This document shows, one piece after another, positions 56,501 to 64,000 of a DNA stretch of 64,000 bases. Position 1 is the first letter of the stretch. Each line of letters opens with the position of its first letter. The notes under the pieces were generated by a model, which searched no databases, had not been told where the DNA came from, and saw only the letters and a program-made list of their open reading frames with translations. Location of the stretch: UHGV virus genome UHGV-1366603; one strand, 5' to 3'. This DNA comes from a virus. The position numbers and the translations under genes were made by a program.

Positions 56501-57682
56501 AGAAGATAAGTTACCGAACCCGTAGCGTGCCAACTGAAGCCGTTTCATGACTTCTGGGTTCTTTTCTAACTCACTGCGTGTCCAGTTCTGTAAACGTTCT
56601 ACCTGAGGTTGTAAGAACCGTTTTGCTAACCAACTACCGGCAAACCCTGCGACTTTACCTCGGGAATTCGTACGACGACGTTCTGGCGACAGTGTAGAAC
56701 TGTCTTCCATGCCGAAGTCGTCTTCCTGACTCATTGACAGAACTTGTTCTAATATCCCGCGTCCGTCGCTGAAGATATTCGAAATCTTTTTCTTCGCGTT
56801 CTCACGAATCTGATCAATAAAGTTATCCGCGTAACGCAAGGGGTTCATCCATTCGGCAGCTTTACGTTTTACGTTAGCCCAACGAACTTCAGAGAATTCC
56901 TCTTTTGCGTAGTCCGGCAACGCGGTGTTTTTAACAATCGCTTCAAGTGCCGGGGTGTTACGGCTAAACTCATCCTGTTTAAGTTTAGCAATATCTTGCA
57001 ACGCGAATAACGTACGGTATTGCAGCTCTAGCTGTTTACGCTGAACGTTAAGCATTACCCCGCGACTTAAACTGGTCGTCAGGTTAACGTCTTTCGCAAT
57101 ACCGATAACCGTCTGGAACAGCGCATCGGACTTCATGTCCTTGATGGTGTCACGAAGACGGTCTTCTACCATTCCTTCCTGAACTTCACGTTGTTGTTCA
57201 GGTGTTTGTGGCGTACCTGCAAAAACAGAGTCTAACTCACGATCCATTAACGCTTGTTTAGGATCGTAATTCCCGTAATCGTACTGGTCGCTTTTCGCCC
57301 ACTTGTCGATCTTACGGGTTACACTGTCAGGCAAATACCGTTTTAGGGTTGGGCCTAACTGACGAGCTTGTGCCTTCACCACACGGGAGGTCTTTTCAAT
57401 CTCGTCTTTCGTATGGGCCAGAATGTCTTGACCTGCGGCTTTGACGTTCTTATAACCTTCATAAGCGTCAGTCGCCGGTTTTGGCATTCCTTTTAAAATG
57501 ACCTGATCACGTTTATTTTCGGGCCAGATAGTCGACAACGCCGACTTACGGGCAGCACGAAATGTGTCCATGACCGGGTTACGCGATTGGTCTTGTTGAC
57601 GAGGGGGCTCATCAAAATCGTCCCAGTCGTCCATGTTATCAAGATCGATTTCATCGAAATCGTCTTTACCTTTTTTAGCCAT
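50546..57682 (-). CDS. giant virion-type protein (2378 aa) with C-terminal lytic transglycosylase (SLT) domain
   Basis: SLT motifs ..AMAKAESDFKYGVKNPGASAAGLFQFIDKTW.. and ..AYLYHFLGPGG.. (coding ~51290..51720); acidic N-terminus; Gly/Arg repeats; Ala/Pro-rich C-terminal tail. Confidence 0.8.
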   Translation of the reverse strand: MAKKGKDDFDEIDLDNMDDWDDFDEPPRQQDQSRNPVMDTFRAARKSALSTIWPENKRDQVILKGMPKPATDAYEGYKNVKAAGQDILAHTKDEIEKTSRVVKAQARQLGPTLKRYLPDSVTRKIDKWAKSDQYDYGNYDPKQALMDRELDSVFAGTPQTPEQQREVQEGMVEDRLRDTIKDMKSDALFQTVIGIAKDVNLTTSLSRGVMLNVQRKQLELQYRTLFALQDIAKLKQDEFSRNTPALEAIVKNTALPDYAKEEFSEVRWANVKRKAAEWMNPLRYADNFIDQIRENAKKKISNIFSDGRGILEQVLSMSQEDDFGMEDSSTLSPERRRTNSRGKVAGFAGSWLAKRFLQPQVERLQNWTRSELEKNPEVMKRLQLARYGFGNLSSISNSAIAGEIDGPLATVFRLMHEMGLVTPLRREGLALEERSAEALSAAAKFDRKAYLSITEVIPTLLTEINKSIRRGYGEHHDQVYDLTTRGMIDRKVVGNRVRKAVANDEQRKRLQQYINETVDFIDKDKTLDSKTRQALADYIESRASEGKAFDVGSLLKDPMHMYRYMNANAVEAIQAVLEARSSELTGGHHELSNEIAGKISAIQSTIRARQNTVDEASIIYGENALRDAGIFKYDAKNDRFDVDKDINDPYTLYNDLAMGKTRSGRSLTREQEIQRKLKNGSALGDYLRRLGVDASVTGDESTIDTVKGKGGRGGRGLSARQLAAVLYGEKSTNFVELLSERPDTTAGLEQQFDRIVDAIRNKSESNTVQEILKHVKNMDEEGILLASLGGGRDGDEGDASEDAGSTGNKRKRKRIVLGESGLFRRWAGVLWDTGTGAGRFAKNMFLRGKGRLQSLGSFIRGKFSGGPSDGPGVFERLKGLVTGTLSTGWNSAVAFGKGVLGVRDIYDEKGNVVLQGSRLEAGEYYQADPKTNKLVQLRSLDDIKLGRDIVDEAGNLILAAADLAAAGKLRFYKGGKLQALFQYISGKAGTAVNKAVNLPKKLIGLISPRAASIFEKAREWLNEIPEGSEKTRLQSMISRVTGMPARLWNNAKRGFEKFKELATDNPLTRWWQNRKEGGSGGGFSMFSWSNGRKTNHILIRIYKLLNRRLDGEPEDESWTEQLEKNVGSKSIKGMLNRVKDFRDGFKDYFQNFRDWRGRQRDRFSRFRHGVGDRLSRWGAAGKGWFDRFRGRFGETVDSFRDPRYDIATRYRAESRLAGRDDDVAEFYRQHLYARGKVSPTRVFNAAKEDFETATDTAGRVINKGKQKAKSVGSALLERLNRMVNLQEMSWFNTMRDSAERAGAPDGLIRTMFSKFGQRNKPAANDEKRDYFQFFRRRRRSKEEEKAKKTAEQKGRKGGVMDFLKDLPLVGPIVSILGTVGSILGKVAKWGIFKPTGFLGKAAWNVGKFAVQRLAVPAVTAVASAASTVVAAVGWPAIAIGATAAGLGYWAYKCATRVKAQYLDYMRLAQYGFRDYDQWSSEDGMKARYLEDALKPYVSYTEGGEAQLRGLSSEDVKKLAEGFGVNLEERGEMLAFTAFMLQRFAPIYLRWISALKSMDNDIALADVGDPKKVSKADMITLYNKMKMGKDSAEFRSLTDPRKVNQGWFSKAWDFVTFTPAEFLSGEEVVEAQERVWRSINMRTDDKRKQRSGMRDAVEGHKVASVAETSQVLANADAERNEKVAKVEGWEDGTEQVQIQVDWHSLPKKSDLEDLESVRWKTYGAVTINQTTRNLFTLLEKNVLKDIDVKNCTYKGNWKEAIAVISPDLIGGPKEERCKNWFYNRFLPAYMTYVVGLKRYIPQADPTELKVSGGFMYELALMIRGAYNMKGGIRQSVWEIPFNPLGEEANTDAGSVATELANLKELSKEPDLAVRDTLRSTPAAGKRAKWQKADRATRMYQTDEDTKDRFKGVVDWGTASKDGYLPNGGSSYGTPGDLSQVVGEMGISNYAKFSTGQSGIKLGDVKEGDYKTLAEKYPISKLGDGKSPNVEGVKAMIADVANTLGVPPAVAIAMAKAESDFKYGVKNPGASAAGLFQFIDKTWSGMMKGYSRRYGIPQVNQYDPWANTILGVQFIRDNIMQAQKDLGGVEPPPAVAYLYHFLGPGGGKKFLNAWRQNPNMPADKAEGITPQILSGNKGVFYEMRGKQIVRIRTVGEVINELNRRMGAVATNEIAANPASTKDMVKGLTPAVASSPAVAAGAANDPSISGATDNLPASNAARRDEALAEKGAMGADNVKAATSGGPAVPSPGGSSAGGDASMIGETVATGARNEGLPEEDVEKVKEGAVQRAAATSKPAPAVTSDAQNGPTLSSGDPISVQQLAVAKESAGYLKEIVTILKQRPQPVQNTASAQPMAPAGSASRQMSVEQPARQLNVRRAG

Positions 57683-57711
57683 AACGTTTAATCCGTATCA
57701 GGAGATTTAGC

Positions 57712-59337
57712 GTGAATAAACTTAATTGGGTTGACTTTTATCTGCTCAATGTAAACAAGTCTCTTGTGTCGCGATTACGACCCGTCACGACCACAGATAC
57801 TTTTCAAGGGTTGACAAAAAACTTTCACCCTGAAGGGTTATACTCCACGGAGATATTCGGTCTTACGGGAAGTGAAGCCCGAGACTCAACGTTTTCTTAC
57901 ATTGATATTAAATTAGATATCATTTCGCCGACGGTGTGTTTGGCGTTATTCCAACTAAAACAACTCTACGAAGAAATTTGTTCTGGAAAACGCTACGCAA
58001 CCTGGAGCGAAAAAGAAAAAGATTTTGAACCGGCTTTGCCTGGCGACGCTGGCGCAGATACCGGTTTTAACTTTTTCCTTAGTCACTACAACGACTTAAA
58101 ACCCGGACGTAACGAATCGTTACAACGTGACGAAACGGTGGATTTCTTCGAGAAGTTCCGTCCCGTGAGTCTTAGCCGCTATGTTCTCGTATTACCCGCA
58201 GGTTTACGTGATTTGGTGGTTAGACAAGACGGTAGGGAACAGGAAGAGGAAATCGGCGGGTTATATCGTCGTTTGATTTCTTTGGCCAGGGCGATTCCTG
58301 ACCGTGCCACACGGGTTGAATTAACGAACCCTGTGCGATGGAAACTCCAACAAACCTTTAACGAAATCTGGATGTACTTCTTTAACATCCAGGACGGTAA
58401 AGGGGGTTTCCAACGTCGTAAAGTGACGTCGCGTAAACTGATGAACGGGACACGTAACGTATTGTCCTCATTCTCCACAGGCTCTAAATGCATGGGGCGT
58501 GAGGATGCGATTCGACCAACTGACACCAAAATTGGTTTGTATCAGGGTCTGAAGGCGTTACTGCCCGTTGCGCAATACCAGATACGTGAACGTTACCTCG
58601 GTAACATTCGTGCTGGCGATGGCAACCTTTACGGCGTAAACACCAAAACGCTTAAACGCGAGTTCTTGGAAGTTGGGGGTCGAGTTTACGACACCTTTAC
58701 CACGGACGACGGTATCGAAACATTAATTAACCGAATGGAAGCTCGCGAGCTTCGTCATCAGCCGTTAATGATTAACGATACCCATTACGTCGCGTTAGTC
58801 TACCAAGACAACAAACATTTTAAGGTGTTCTACGATATCGATGAACTGCCTAAAACGTTTGACCGTAAAAACGTCCACGGAATGACCCTGGTAGAACTAC
58901 TCTACTTATCGGGTTACGATCTGTGGAACAACTATTTCGGTTTCGTTACACGTTATCCCGTCACCGGTCGAGGCTCGACGTACTCATCGACCATAAGATT
59001 GGAGACCACCACGTCATCTTTATACTTAAAAGAACTGGAAGATGACTGGGAGACTGAAAAGCCTCGCGGGGCAATCAGTTATCCTGACCGGTCGGTTCCA
59101 ACCTTTGTTGAGTCGATGGCACCGCACCCGTCACGACTGGGTGGCTTAGGGGGTGACTACGACGGTGACACCGGTTCACTTAACGCGCCTATGTCGGAAG
59201 AAGCGCTCGAGGAAAACCGTAACTGGGTACACTCGAAGAACTACTGGTTCGACTCTGACGGGAATTTCAAAATCAACCCCGTCAACAACGTGATTAAACG
59301 TGCGACGCAAGCGTTATTAAAGAATCCAAAAGGCTAA
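57712..59337 (+). CDS. multisubunit RNA polymerase beta-prime-like subunit, N-terminal fragment (split RNAP)
   Basis: GTG start with AGGAG 7 nt upstream. Motifs ..GLYSTEIFG.., ..IDIKLDIISPTV.., ..VLVLPAGLRDLV..GGLYRRLISL.., ..GGDYDGDTGSLNAP.. align with bacterial RpoC landmarks (ARIFGP, HIELASP, VLPVLPPDLRPLV / LYRRVIN, NADFDGD). No Zn-finger cysteines. Confidence 0.65.
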   Translation: MNKLNWVDFYLLNVNKSLVSRLRPVTTTDTFQGLTKNFHPEGLYSTEIFGLTGSEARDSTFSYIDIKLDIISPTVCLALFQLKQLYEEICSGKRYATWSEKEKDFEPALPGDAGADTGFNFFLSHYNDLKPGRNESLQRDETVDFFEKFRPVSLSRYVLVLPAGLRDLVVRQDGREQEEEIGGLYRRLISLARAIPDRATRVELTNPVRWKLQQTFNEIWMYFFNIQDGKGGFQRRKVTSRKLMNGTRNVLSSFSTGSKCMGREDAIRPTDTKIGLYQGLKALLPVAQYQIRERYLGNIRAGDGNLYGVNTKTLKREFLEVGGRVYDTFTTDDGIETLINRMEARELRHQPLMINDTHYVALVYQDNKHFKVFYDIDELPKTFDRKNVHGMTLVELLYLSGYDLWNNYFGFVTRYPVTGRGSTYSSTIRLETTTSSLYLKELEDDWETEKPRGAISYPDRSVPTFVESMAPHPSRLGGLGGDYDGDTGSLNAPMSEEALEENRNWVHSKNYWFDSDGNFKINPVNNVIKRATQALLKNPKG

Positions 59338-59340
59338 TCA

Positions 59341-62300
59341 ATGCTGCTCATTAAACAGTTTAACCAACGCTTCTCTGTGCGTAAAACAGACGAGTTTGGT
59401 AATCCGAGGATTATCCCGCTCGAGAAGCTCCAGATACCACGAGGCTCCATACTGCACGTCGTGGATCTCGATCAGGTGGTCTTAGCGCCACCTGCTACGC
59501 TGGAAATCATCCAGCCGTTGGAAAAACCTGCACAAATTCGCCACCACTTTAAACTTCCCGAAGAAGGGATTAGTGGGCATCCACGTAACAAACCTGTGCA
59601 GGGGCAAGAACGTGCTATCTTTGCGTACCATCGCGCTAACCGTCCAATTCGTCGTCTGACTTCAGATGACCTGGTGCGTAAAGACTTAAAAGTTCTCCTT
59701 ATTGAGAACTACACACCGATGTTATCGCACTACTATTATCCAGACACTCAGTTAGCCTGGTACGATAGACTGCGTAATATCCAGCTGTTAATGACCAACC
59801 AGTTCAAATACGACACGCAAGAATACATGCGTCAGAACTATTTCGTGATTGAGCTGGGATCAACGTTACCGTCTTTCCAGAAGTTCCAAACGACGTATAA
59901 CGATCGCGTTAAAAGCAAGATTGAAAAGTTCCAGGACTTTAACCTGCTGTGGCTGTTGGAACTTTTCGCTTGGGCGTACGGTAAACAGTCCGATTCTCTG
60001 TTTGCGGGAATGGACTTAACGCAACTGTCTCGAATGAACTTCATCTTCACCCATAACGGCGGCTTTACGTCGATGAACATGGGTGTCGTGGAGAAGATGC
60101 GTAAATCGTCCGGTGGTCGTTTAAGTGACGACCAGATGGCCAGGATGTTCTATCGTACGTTAGTGCGTGTAATGACACAAGCACCGTCTAATGCGTACGA
60201 AGCTGAATTCCTGACACCGGAAGGTGATGAACGTATCTTTGTTAAAGACATCGAAGAAGAGACGGTTGACGTCGCTGACGATGGAGACGTTGTTAACGAC
60301 GCTGTGGTTGAATCGGATAACGCATTCGATGAAAAAGAAGACCTCGTTATTGAGGAACCGAAAGAAGACGTTAAGCCGACGACTATCGTTATCGAAAAAA
60401 CGATTGCTCACGATGACATTATCAAACAGGAAGCGCAGAAACTGGCTGAGGCGGGCCGCTTAAGCTCTAAAGCGTATCAGTTCCTGTCTGATTCGACTAA
60501 ACGTTTCGTTCAGTTACCGAACCCGTATAACCCGAAAGAGACTTACGGTGAAGCATTAACCATTCACGAAAAAGACATTGCCGTGAAAGCGGAACCGAAG
60601 AAAGTCCAGCGACTGGTTACGGATGAAGGTTGGGCAGAAAACGTCACCGACCAAATGGTGAAACAATACAACCAGACCATGATGAGTAAAGACGTACTGG
60701 CAGCTGTCGCCAGCTCGCAGCGTCTTGGTTTGGCTATTCACAACCACACGATCGAGAAAGAGATTTCCGTTACGGGAACTATCGAACACCACACCCTGCG
60801 TGTTCAACCGATTGGTGGTGAACCGACGACAGTGCGTTTCTCTATCCCTGGTCTAACCGAAGACGGTACCTGGGTAGCAAACGGTGTTGAATACACCATG
60901 CGTCGTCAGCGTGTAGACGTGCCGATTCGTAAGGTCGCCCCAGACACCGTAGCGTTAACGACCGCTTACGGTAAAAACTTCGTACGTCGCAGTGACAAAG
61001 TCGCAAACGACTACGGTCGCTGGTTAACGAACGCGATTATCACGCGTGCCGTAGACCCGACCAACACGGAGATCACTGACGCACGTCTCGCGAACGTTTT
61101 CGATCCTACTGAGAAACTTCCTCGTCAGTATACGGAGATTGCACGTCGTATCGCCAGCTTTAATGCAGGCGGGTATATGTGGAACTTCGATTATAAAGAA
61201 GCGGTTAACTTCTTTAATGACGAACAGCTTACTGACGCAAACAACGTTGAGATGTTGCCGGTTGCGAAACGTCCGCGTAGTGAAGTTATTGTGGTGATGG
61301 ATACCAAGTCCATGCTCTATACCGTTAAGGGTAAAGAGTGCACACCGCTGGGCACCATCTCTGAAGTGCTTGGTTTCAGTAACCAGAAAGCGCCAAGAGA
61401 GATGACCGAACTTTCACTGATGGGCAAATCGCTCTCACTGGGCTTCATCTTCTCGTTCTATTTAGGTCTGCAAGGGATGCTTAAGCATTTCGGCATTCAG
61501 TACGAAATCGTCCCTGTTGGCCAACGTGTAGATAAGAGCACGTACGATTCTATTATTCGTCTCCAGGACAGTAAGTTCCTGGTAACGTGTGATAACGATC
61601 AGCAACGAATGATTCTACACGGTCTGGATAAGTACCTGAAACACCTGGTAGCTTATACCGAGTCCGAAGTCGACCGCGAAGACATTTACCTGAACTTAAT
61701 ACGTGATGCAGATGGGCTAACTCCACGCTACATCAACGAGCTGAAACAAATGCGGGCCGCGTTTGTTGATGACATGCACGCACGTATCCTCAGGAAAATG
61801 GGTGAACCGGAAACCTTTATCGGGCTGTTGGAACGTTCTAACGAACTGTTACAAACCGACCACTCTTTGCCGGAGATTAACGGTGATGAGATGATGTTCT
61901 TAGGGAACCAACGTATTTCCTACCACATCTACACCGCGTTGGTCAGGGCGATGCGTAACTACAACAACGCACCGAACAGTAACCGTAAGTTCGAACTTAC
62001 TCAGGACATGATTTGGGGTGCCATTAACTCCGACCCGTCTGTTCTGTTAGCGCCGGGTGCTAACCCTATCCAGTCGATTAAAGAGAAAGACGTTATCACC
62101 ATGGGGGGCACGGGTGGCCGTAACCGTAAAACAATGGTTTATCACACGCGTGAGTTCCAACCGAGTGACCTGGGTATTGTATCCGGTAACACGGTGGATA
62201 ACGGTGACGTAGGTATTACTGCTTTCGCCACTAACAACCCACGTTTTGATACCGTTGACGGCACCACCTATAAACGGGATGAAAAGAAACTGAAGCCGAG

Positions 62301-63507
62301 TGACACTCTGTCATTTATTGACGGTCTCGTACCGGATACCCTGATGGATGACGCTAAACGTCAAAACTTCGTTGGGATTCAGTTAGGTTCTGCCACCAGT
62401 TGCAACGGCGCTACCACTACCCCTTATCGTACCGAACAGGAGAAATTTGTCGCTCACCGTACGTCGGTGAAACACGCACGCGTTATTGATAAAGCAGGTA
62501 AAATCACCGGTCTGTCTAAAGACCATATCGAAATTACGTACGAAGATGGAAGTAAAGAAGCCTTTCCTCTAGGGCGCTGGTTCGGCCCCCACGAAGGTAC
62601 CTTCTATCCGCACACCCTGGTGACTCGCTGGAAAGCCGGTGACAAACTCCCGGCCGGGGCAGTCATCACCTATAACGAGCAACACTTTGAACCCGATATC
62701 TACGACCCTACTCAGGTTTCCTGGAAAAACGGGGTGCTGGCTACCGTCGCTCTAATCGAAGCTGAAGAAGTAATCGAAGACTCCAATGCTATTTCTGAAC
62801 GGTTCGCGAAGAAAATGGTTGGGCAGGTTACTAAGCTGAAAGAAGTGGTGATTAACAGCAACCAGATGCTCCTGGAAATCGTTAACGAAGGGGAACACGT
62901 TGACGTCGACACAATCCTATGCACATTTACTGACGACCTTACGGGGGATATGAGTACCTTTAGTAAGGAAGCAGCACAAACGTTGCAAAGTTTAAGTTCG
63001 TACGCGCCTCGTGCTGGGGTTCGTGGTATCGTGGATAAAATCGAAGTCGTGTATCACGGTGAAACCGAAGACATGACGCCTTCACTGGCAGAACTGGTAC
63101 GTAAATACGATCGCATTCGTCGTAAAGCAGCATTGGCTGTTAATCGTGGCGATCCGGTATCAGGGAGTGTTAATGGGGATTACCGTGTAGAGGGTGTACC
63201 GTTAGCCTTTAACTCGCTTTGTGTTCGATTCTTTATTACGCACGAAGTTGAAATGGCCGCAGCGGATAAGATGGTTATTGCTAACCAGCTGAAAACCACT
63301 GTACAAGAAGTGATGTACGGGGAAAACAAAACAGAAGATGGCGACGACATTGACATTTTGTTCGGTCGTGATTCTGTCGACGCACGTATCGTAGGTTCTA
63401 TCCAACGAATCGGTACCGCAAATGCTGTGGGTGAACAAGCAGGGATTCTTATCGGTCGTATTCTCGACGGCGAGTCCGTGCCTGAGTTACCAGCGACACT
63501 TAAATAA
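59341..63507 (+). CDS. multisubunit RNA polymerase beta-like subunit, N-terminal fragment (putative)
   Basis: ..NPIQSIKEKDVITMGGTGGRNRK..FQPSDLGIVSGNTVDNGDVGIT..NNPRFDTVDGTTYKR.. parallels E. coli RpoB ..[60 protein letters not shown]..; the RpoB C-terminal catalytic region is absent. Confidence 0.55.
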   Translation: MLLIKQFNQRFSVRKTDEFGNPRIIPLEKLQIPRGSILHVVDLDQVVLAPPATLEIIQPLEKPAQIRHHFKLPEEGISGHPRNKPVQGQERAIFAYHRANRPIRRLTSDDLVRKDLKVLLIENYTPMLSHYYYPDTQLAWYDRLRNIQLLMTNQFKYDTQEYMRQNYFVIELGSTLPSFQKFQTTYNDRVKSKIEKFQDFNLLWLLELFAWAYGKQSDSLFAGMDLTQLSRMNFIFTHNGGFTSMNMGVVEKMRKSSGGRLSDDQMARMFYRTLVRVMTQAPSNAYEAEFLTPEGDERIFVKDIEEETVDVADDGDVVNDAVVESDNAFDEKEDLVIEEPKEDVKPTTIVIEKTIAHDDIIKQEAQKLAEAGRLSSKAYQFLSDSTKRFVQLPNPYNPKETYGEALTIHEKDIAVKAEPKKVQRLVTDEGWAENVTDQMVKQYNQTMMSKDVLAAVASSQRLGLAIHNHTIEKEISVTGTIEHHTLRVQPIGGEPTTVRFSIPGLTEDGTWVANGVEYTMRRQRVDVPIRKVAPDTVALTTAYGKNFVRRSDKVANDYGRWLTNAIITRAVDPTNTEITDARLANVFDPTEKLPRQYTEIARRIASFNAGGYMWNFDYKEAVNFFNDEQLTDANNVEMLPVAKRPRSEVIVVMDTKSMLYTVKGKECTPLGTISEVLGFSNQKAPREMTELSLMGKSLSLGFIFSFYLGLQGMLKHFGIQYEIVPVGQRVDKSTYDSIIRLQDSKFLVTCDNDQQRMILHGLDKYLKHLVAYTESEVDREDIYLNLIRDADGLTPRYINELKQMRAAFVDDMHARILRKMGEPETFIGLLERSNELLQTDHSLPEINGDEMMFLGNQRISYHIYTALVRAMRNYNNAPNSNRKFELTQDMIWGAINSDPSVLLAPGANPIQSIKEKDVITMGGTGGRNRKTMVYHTREFQPSDLGIVSGNTVDNGDVGITAFATNNPRFDTVDGTTYKRDEKKLKPSDTLSFIDGLVPDTLMDDAKRQNFVGIQLGSATSCNGATTTPYRTEQEKFVAHRTSVKHARVIDKAGKITGLSKDHIEITYEDGSKEAFPLGRWFGPHEGTFYPHTLVTRWKAGDKLPAGAVITYNEQHFEPDIYDPTQVSWKNGVLATVALIEAEEVIEDSNAISERFAKKMVGQVTKLKEVVINSNQMLLEIVNEGEHVDVDTILCTFTDDLTGDMSTFSKEAAQTLQSLSSYAPRAGVRGIVDKIEVVYHGETEDMTPSLAELVRKYDRIRRKAALAVNRGDPVSGSVNGDYRVEGVPLAFNSLCVRFFITHEVEMAAADKMVIANQLKTTVQEVMYGENKTEDGDDIDILFGRDSVDARIVGSIQRIGTANAVGEQAGILIGRILDGESVPELPATLK

Positions 63508-63554
63508 TCTCAAGGGGTGGGTCGCTCCCACCCTGATAAACTCCGGAGTAGAGA

Positions 63555-63848
63555 ATGTCTATTTTAGATAAAATCAAACAGCGACACGGTATTCCGACTG
63601 GGAAAAATATTACCCAGCAAAGCGTGGAGGGCTATAGCCCTATCCAACGTACTAACTACGTGTCTTTGGGCAACACGGTTGAACTGACAACGGAAATCGT
63701 GCACGGCTTGATTCGTGGCAATTCTGGAATGTCTGACCGTATCGGCGATCAGAAACTGCTGAAACGCGATATCGCTGACCTGGTGGGAGCTCGTTTGTAC
63801 ACGAAGCTTCAGGATGCCGTCACCACCAATAATGAGGTTAAACAATGA
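63555..63848 (+). CDS. hypothetical protein (97 aa)
   Basis: ORF track. Confidence 0.5.
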   Translation: MSILDKIKQRHGIPTGKNITQQSVEGYSPIQRTNYVSLGNTVELTTEIVHGLIRGNSGMSDRIGDQKLLKRDIADLVGARLYTKLQDAVTTNNEVKQ

Positions 63849-64000
63849 TCAGTTTATACTCGCTGAACGCAGTTACCAACGCCATGAAGCTGTGCAAACA
63901 GCACAACATTCAACTCGGCACCGACGTTGACTCTCCGGTTGACCTGTTAAACCGTGCGGTAGATCCATCTCGTGTTTTTGACACCACCATTACTGACGAA
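63845..64000 (+). CDS. hypothetical protein, 5' part (runs off window end)
   Basis: ATG overlapping the upstream stop (ATGA); open to the window end. Confidence 0.35.
   Translation, partial: MISLYSLNAVTNAMKLCKQHNIQLGTDVDSPVDLLNRAVDPSRVFDTTITDE

Noticed and set aside
50630-56525. Multiple plus-strand ORFs (up to 178 aa) inside the 2378-aa minus-strand gene
   Set aside because: Antisense to a continuous 7.1-kb reading frame; Pro/Ser/Arg-rich composition is what the reverse frame of a GC-rich coding region gives.
59838-63438. Minus-strand ORFs (70-83 aa) inside the RNAP-like genes
   Set aside because: Embedded antisense frames with no start context; not called.
1-64000. tRNA genes, CRISPR arrays, integrase / transposase, tubulin (PhuZ-like) or nuclear-shell genes
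   Set aside because: No cloverleaf-like intergenic segment, no regularly spaced direct repeats, no integrase / transposase motifs and no tubulin GGGTGSG signature were seen by eye; absence by inspection is not proof.

Overview
This window reads as part of a giant (phiKZ-like) tailed-phage genome, not a bacterial chromosome. Genes are tightly packed, mostly with strong AAGGAG-type ribosome-binding sites, and many are separated by hairpin + T-run terminators. Both flanks carry large minus-strand virion-type genes: two tail-fibre-like paralogs (1..5295), a 733-aa protein with a membrane-like segment, and a 2378-aa protein with a C-terminal lytic-transglycosylase (SLT) domain (50546..57682). Divergent from the latter are two plus-strand genes that look like split, zinc-finger-less multisubunit RNA polymerase fragments (beta-prime N-terminal part, 57712..59337; beta N-terminal part, 59341..63507). 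The middle ~40 kb (8.4-47.7 kb) is a mostly plus-strand early/accessory block. Recognisable products there are a Rad50/SbcC-like ATPase with a CPQC zinc hook, a GNAT acetyltransferase, a TARG1/DarG-type macrodomain protein, a secreted SLT lytic transglycosylase, a DEDDh exonuclease, an RNase HI-like protein with a long C-terminal extension, a UvsX/RecA-like ATPase, a ThyA-family enzyme with two insertions, and a MazG-like pyrophosphohydrolase. Most other ORFs have no recognisable function. The most unusual signals are three tandem paralog families, a run of five signal-peptide proteins including an Ivy-like candidate lysozyme/transglycosylase inhibitor, the macrodomain protein, and a recurring AT-rich motif (AGATAT-ATT-TAC-AGGTGAG) that may be a phage-specific promoter. 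No tRNA, CRISPR array, integrase or transposase was seen. All functional calls come from motif recognition by eye; no database search was run. Coordinates may be off by 1 nt in places, notably around 900-1020.
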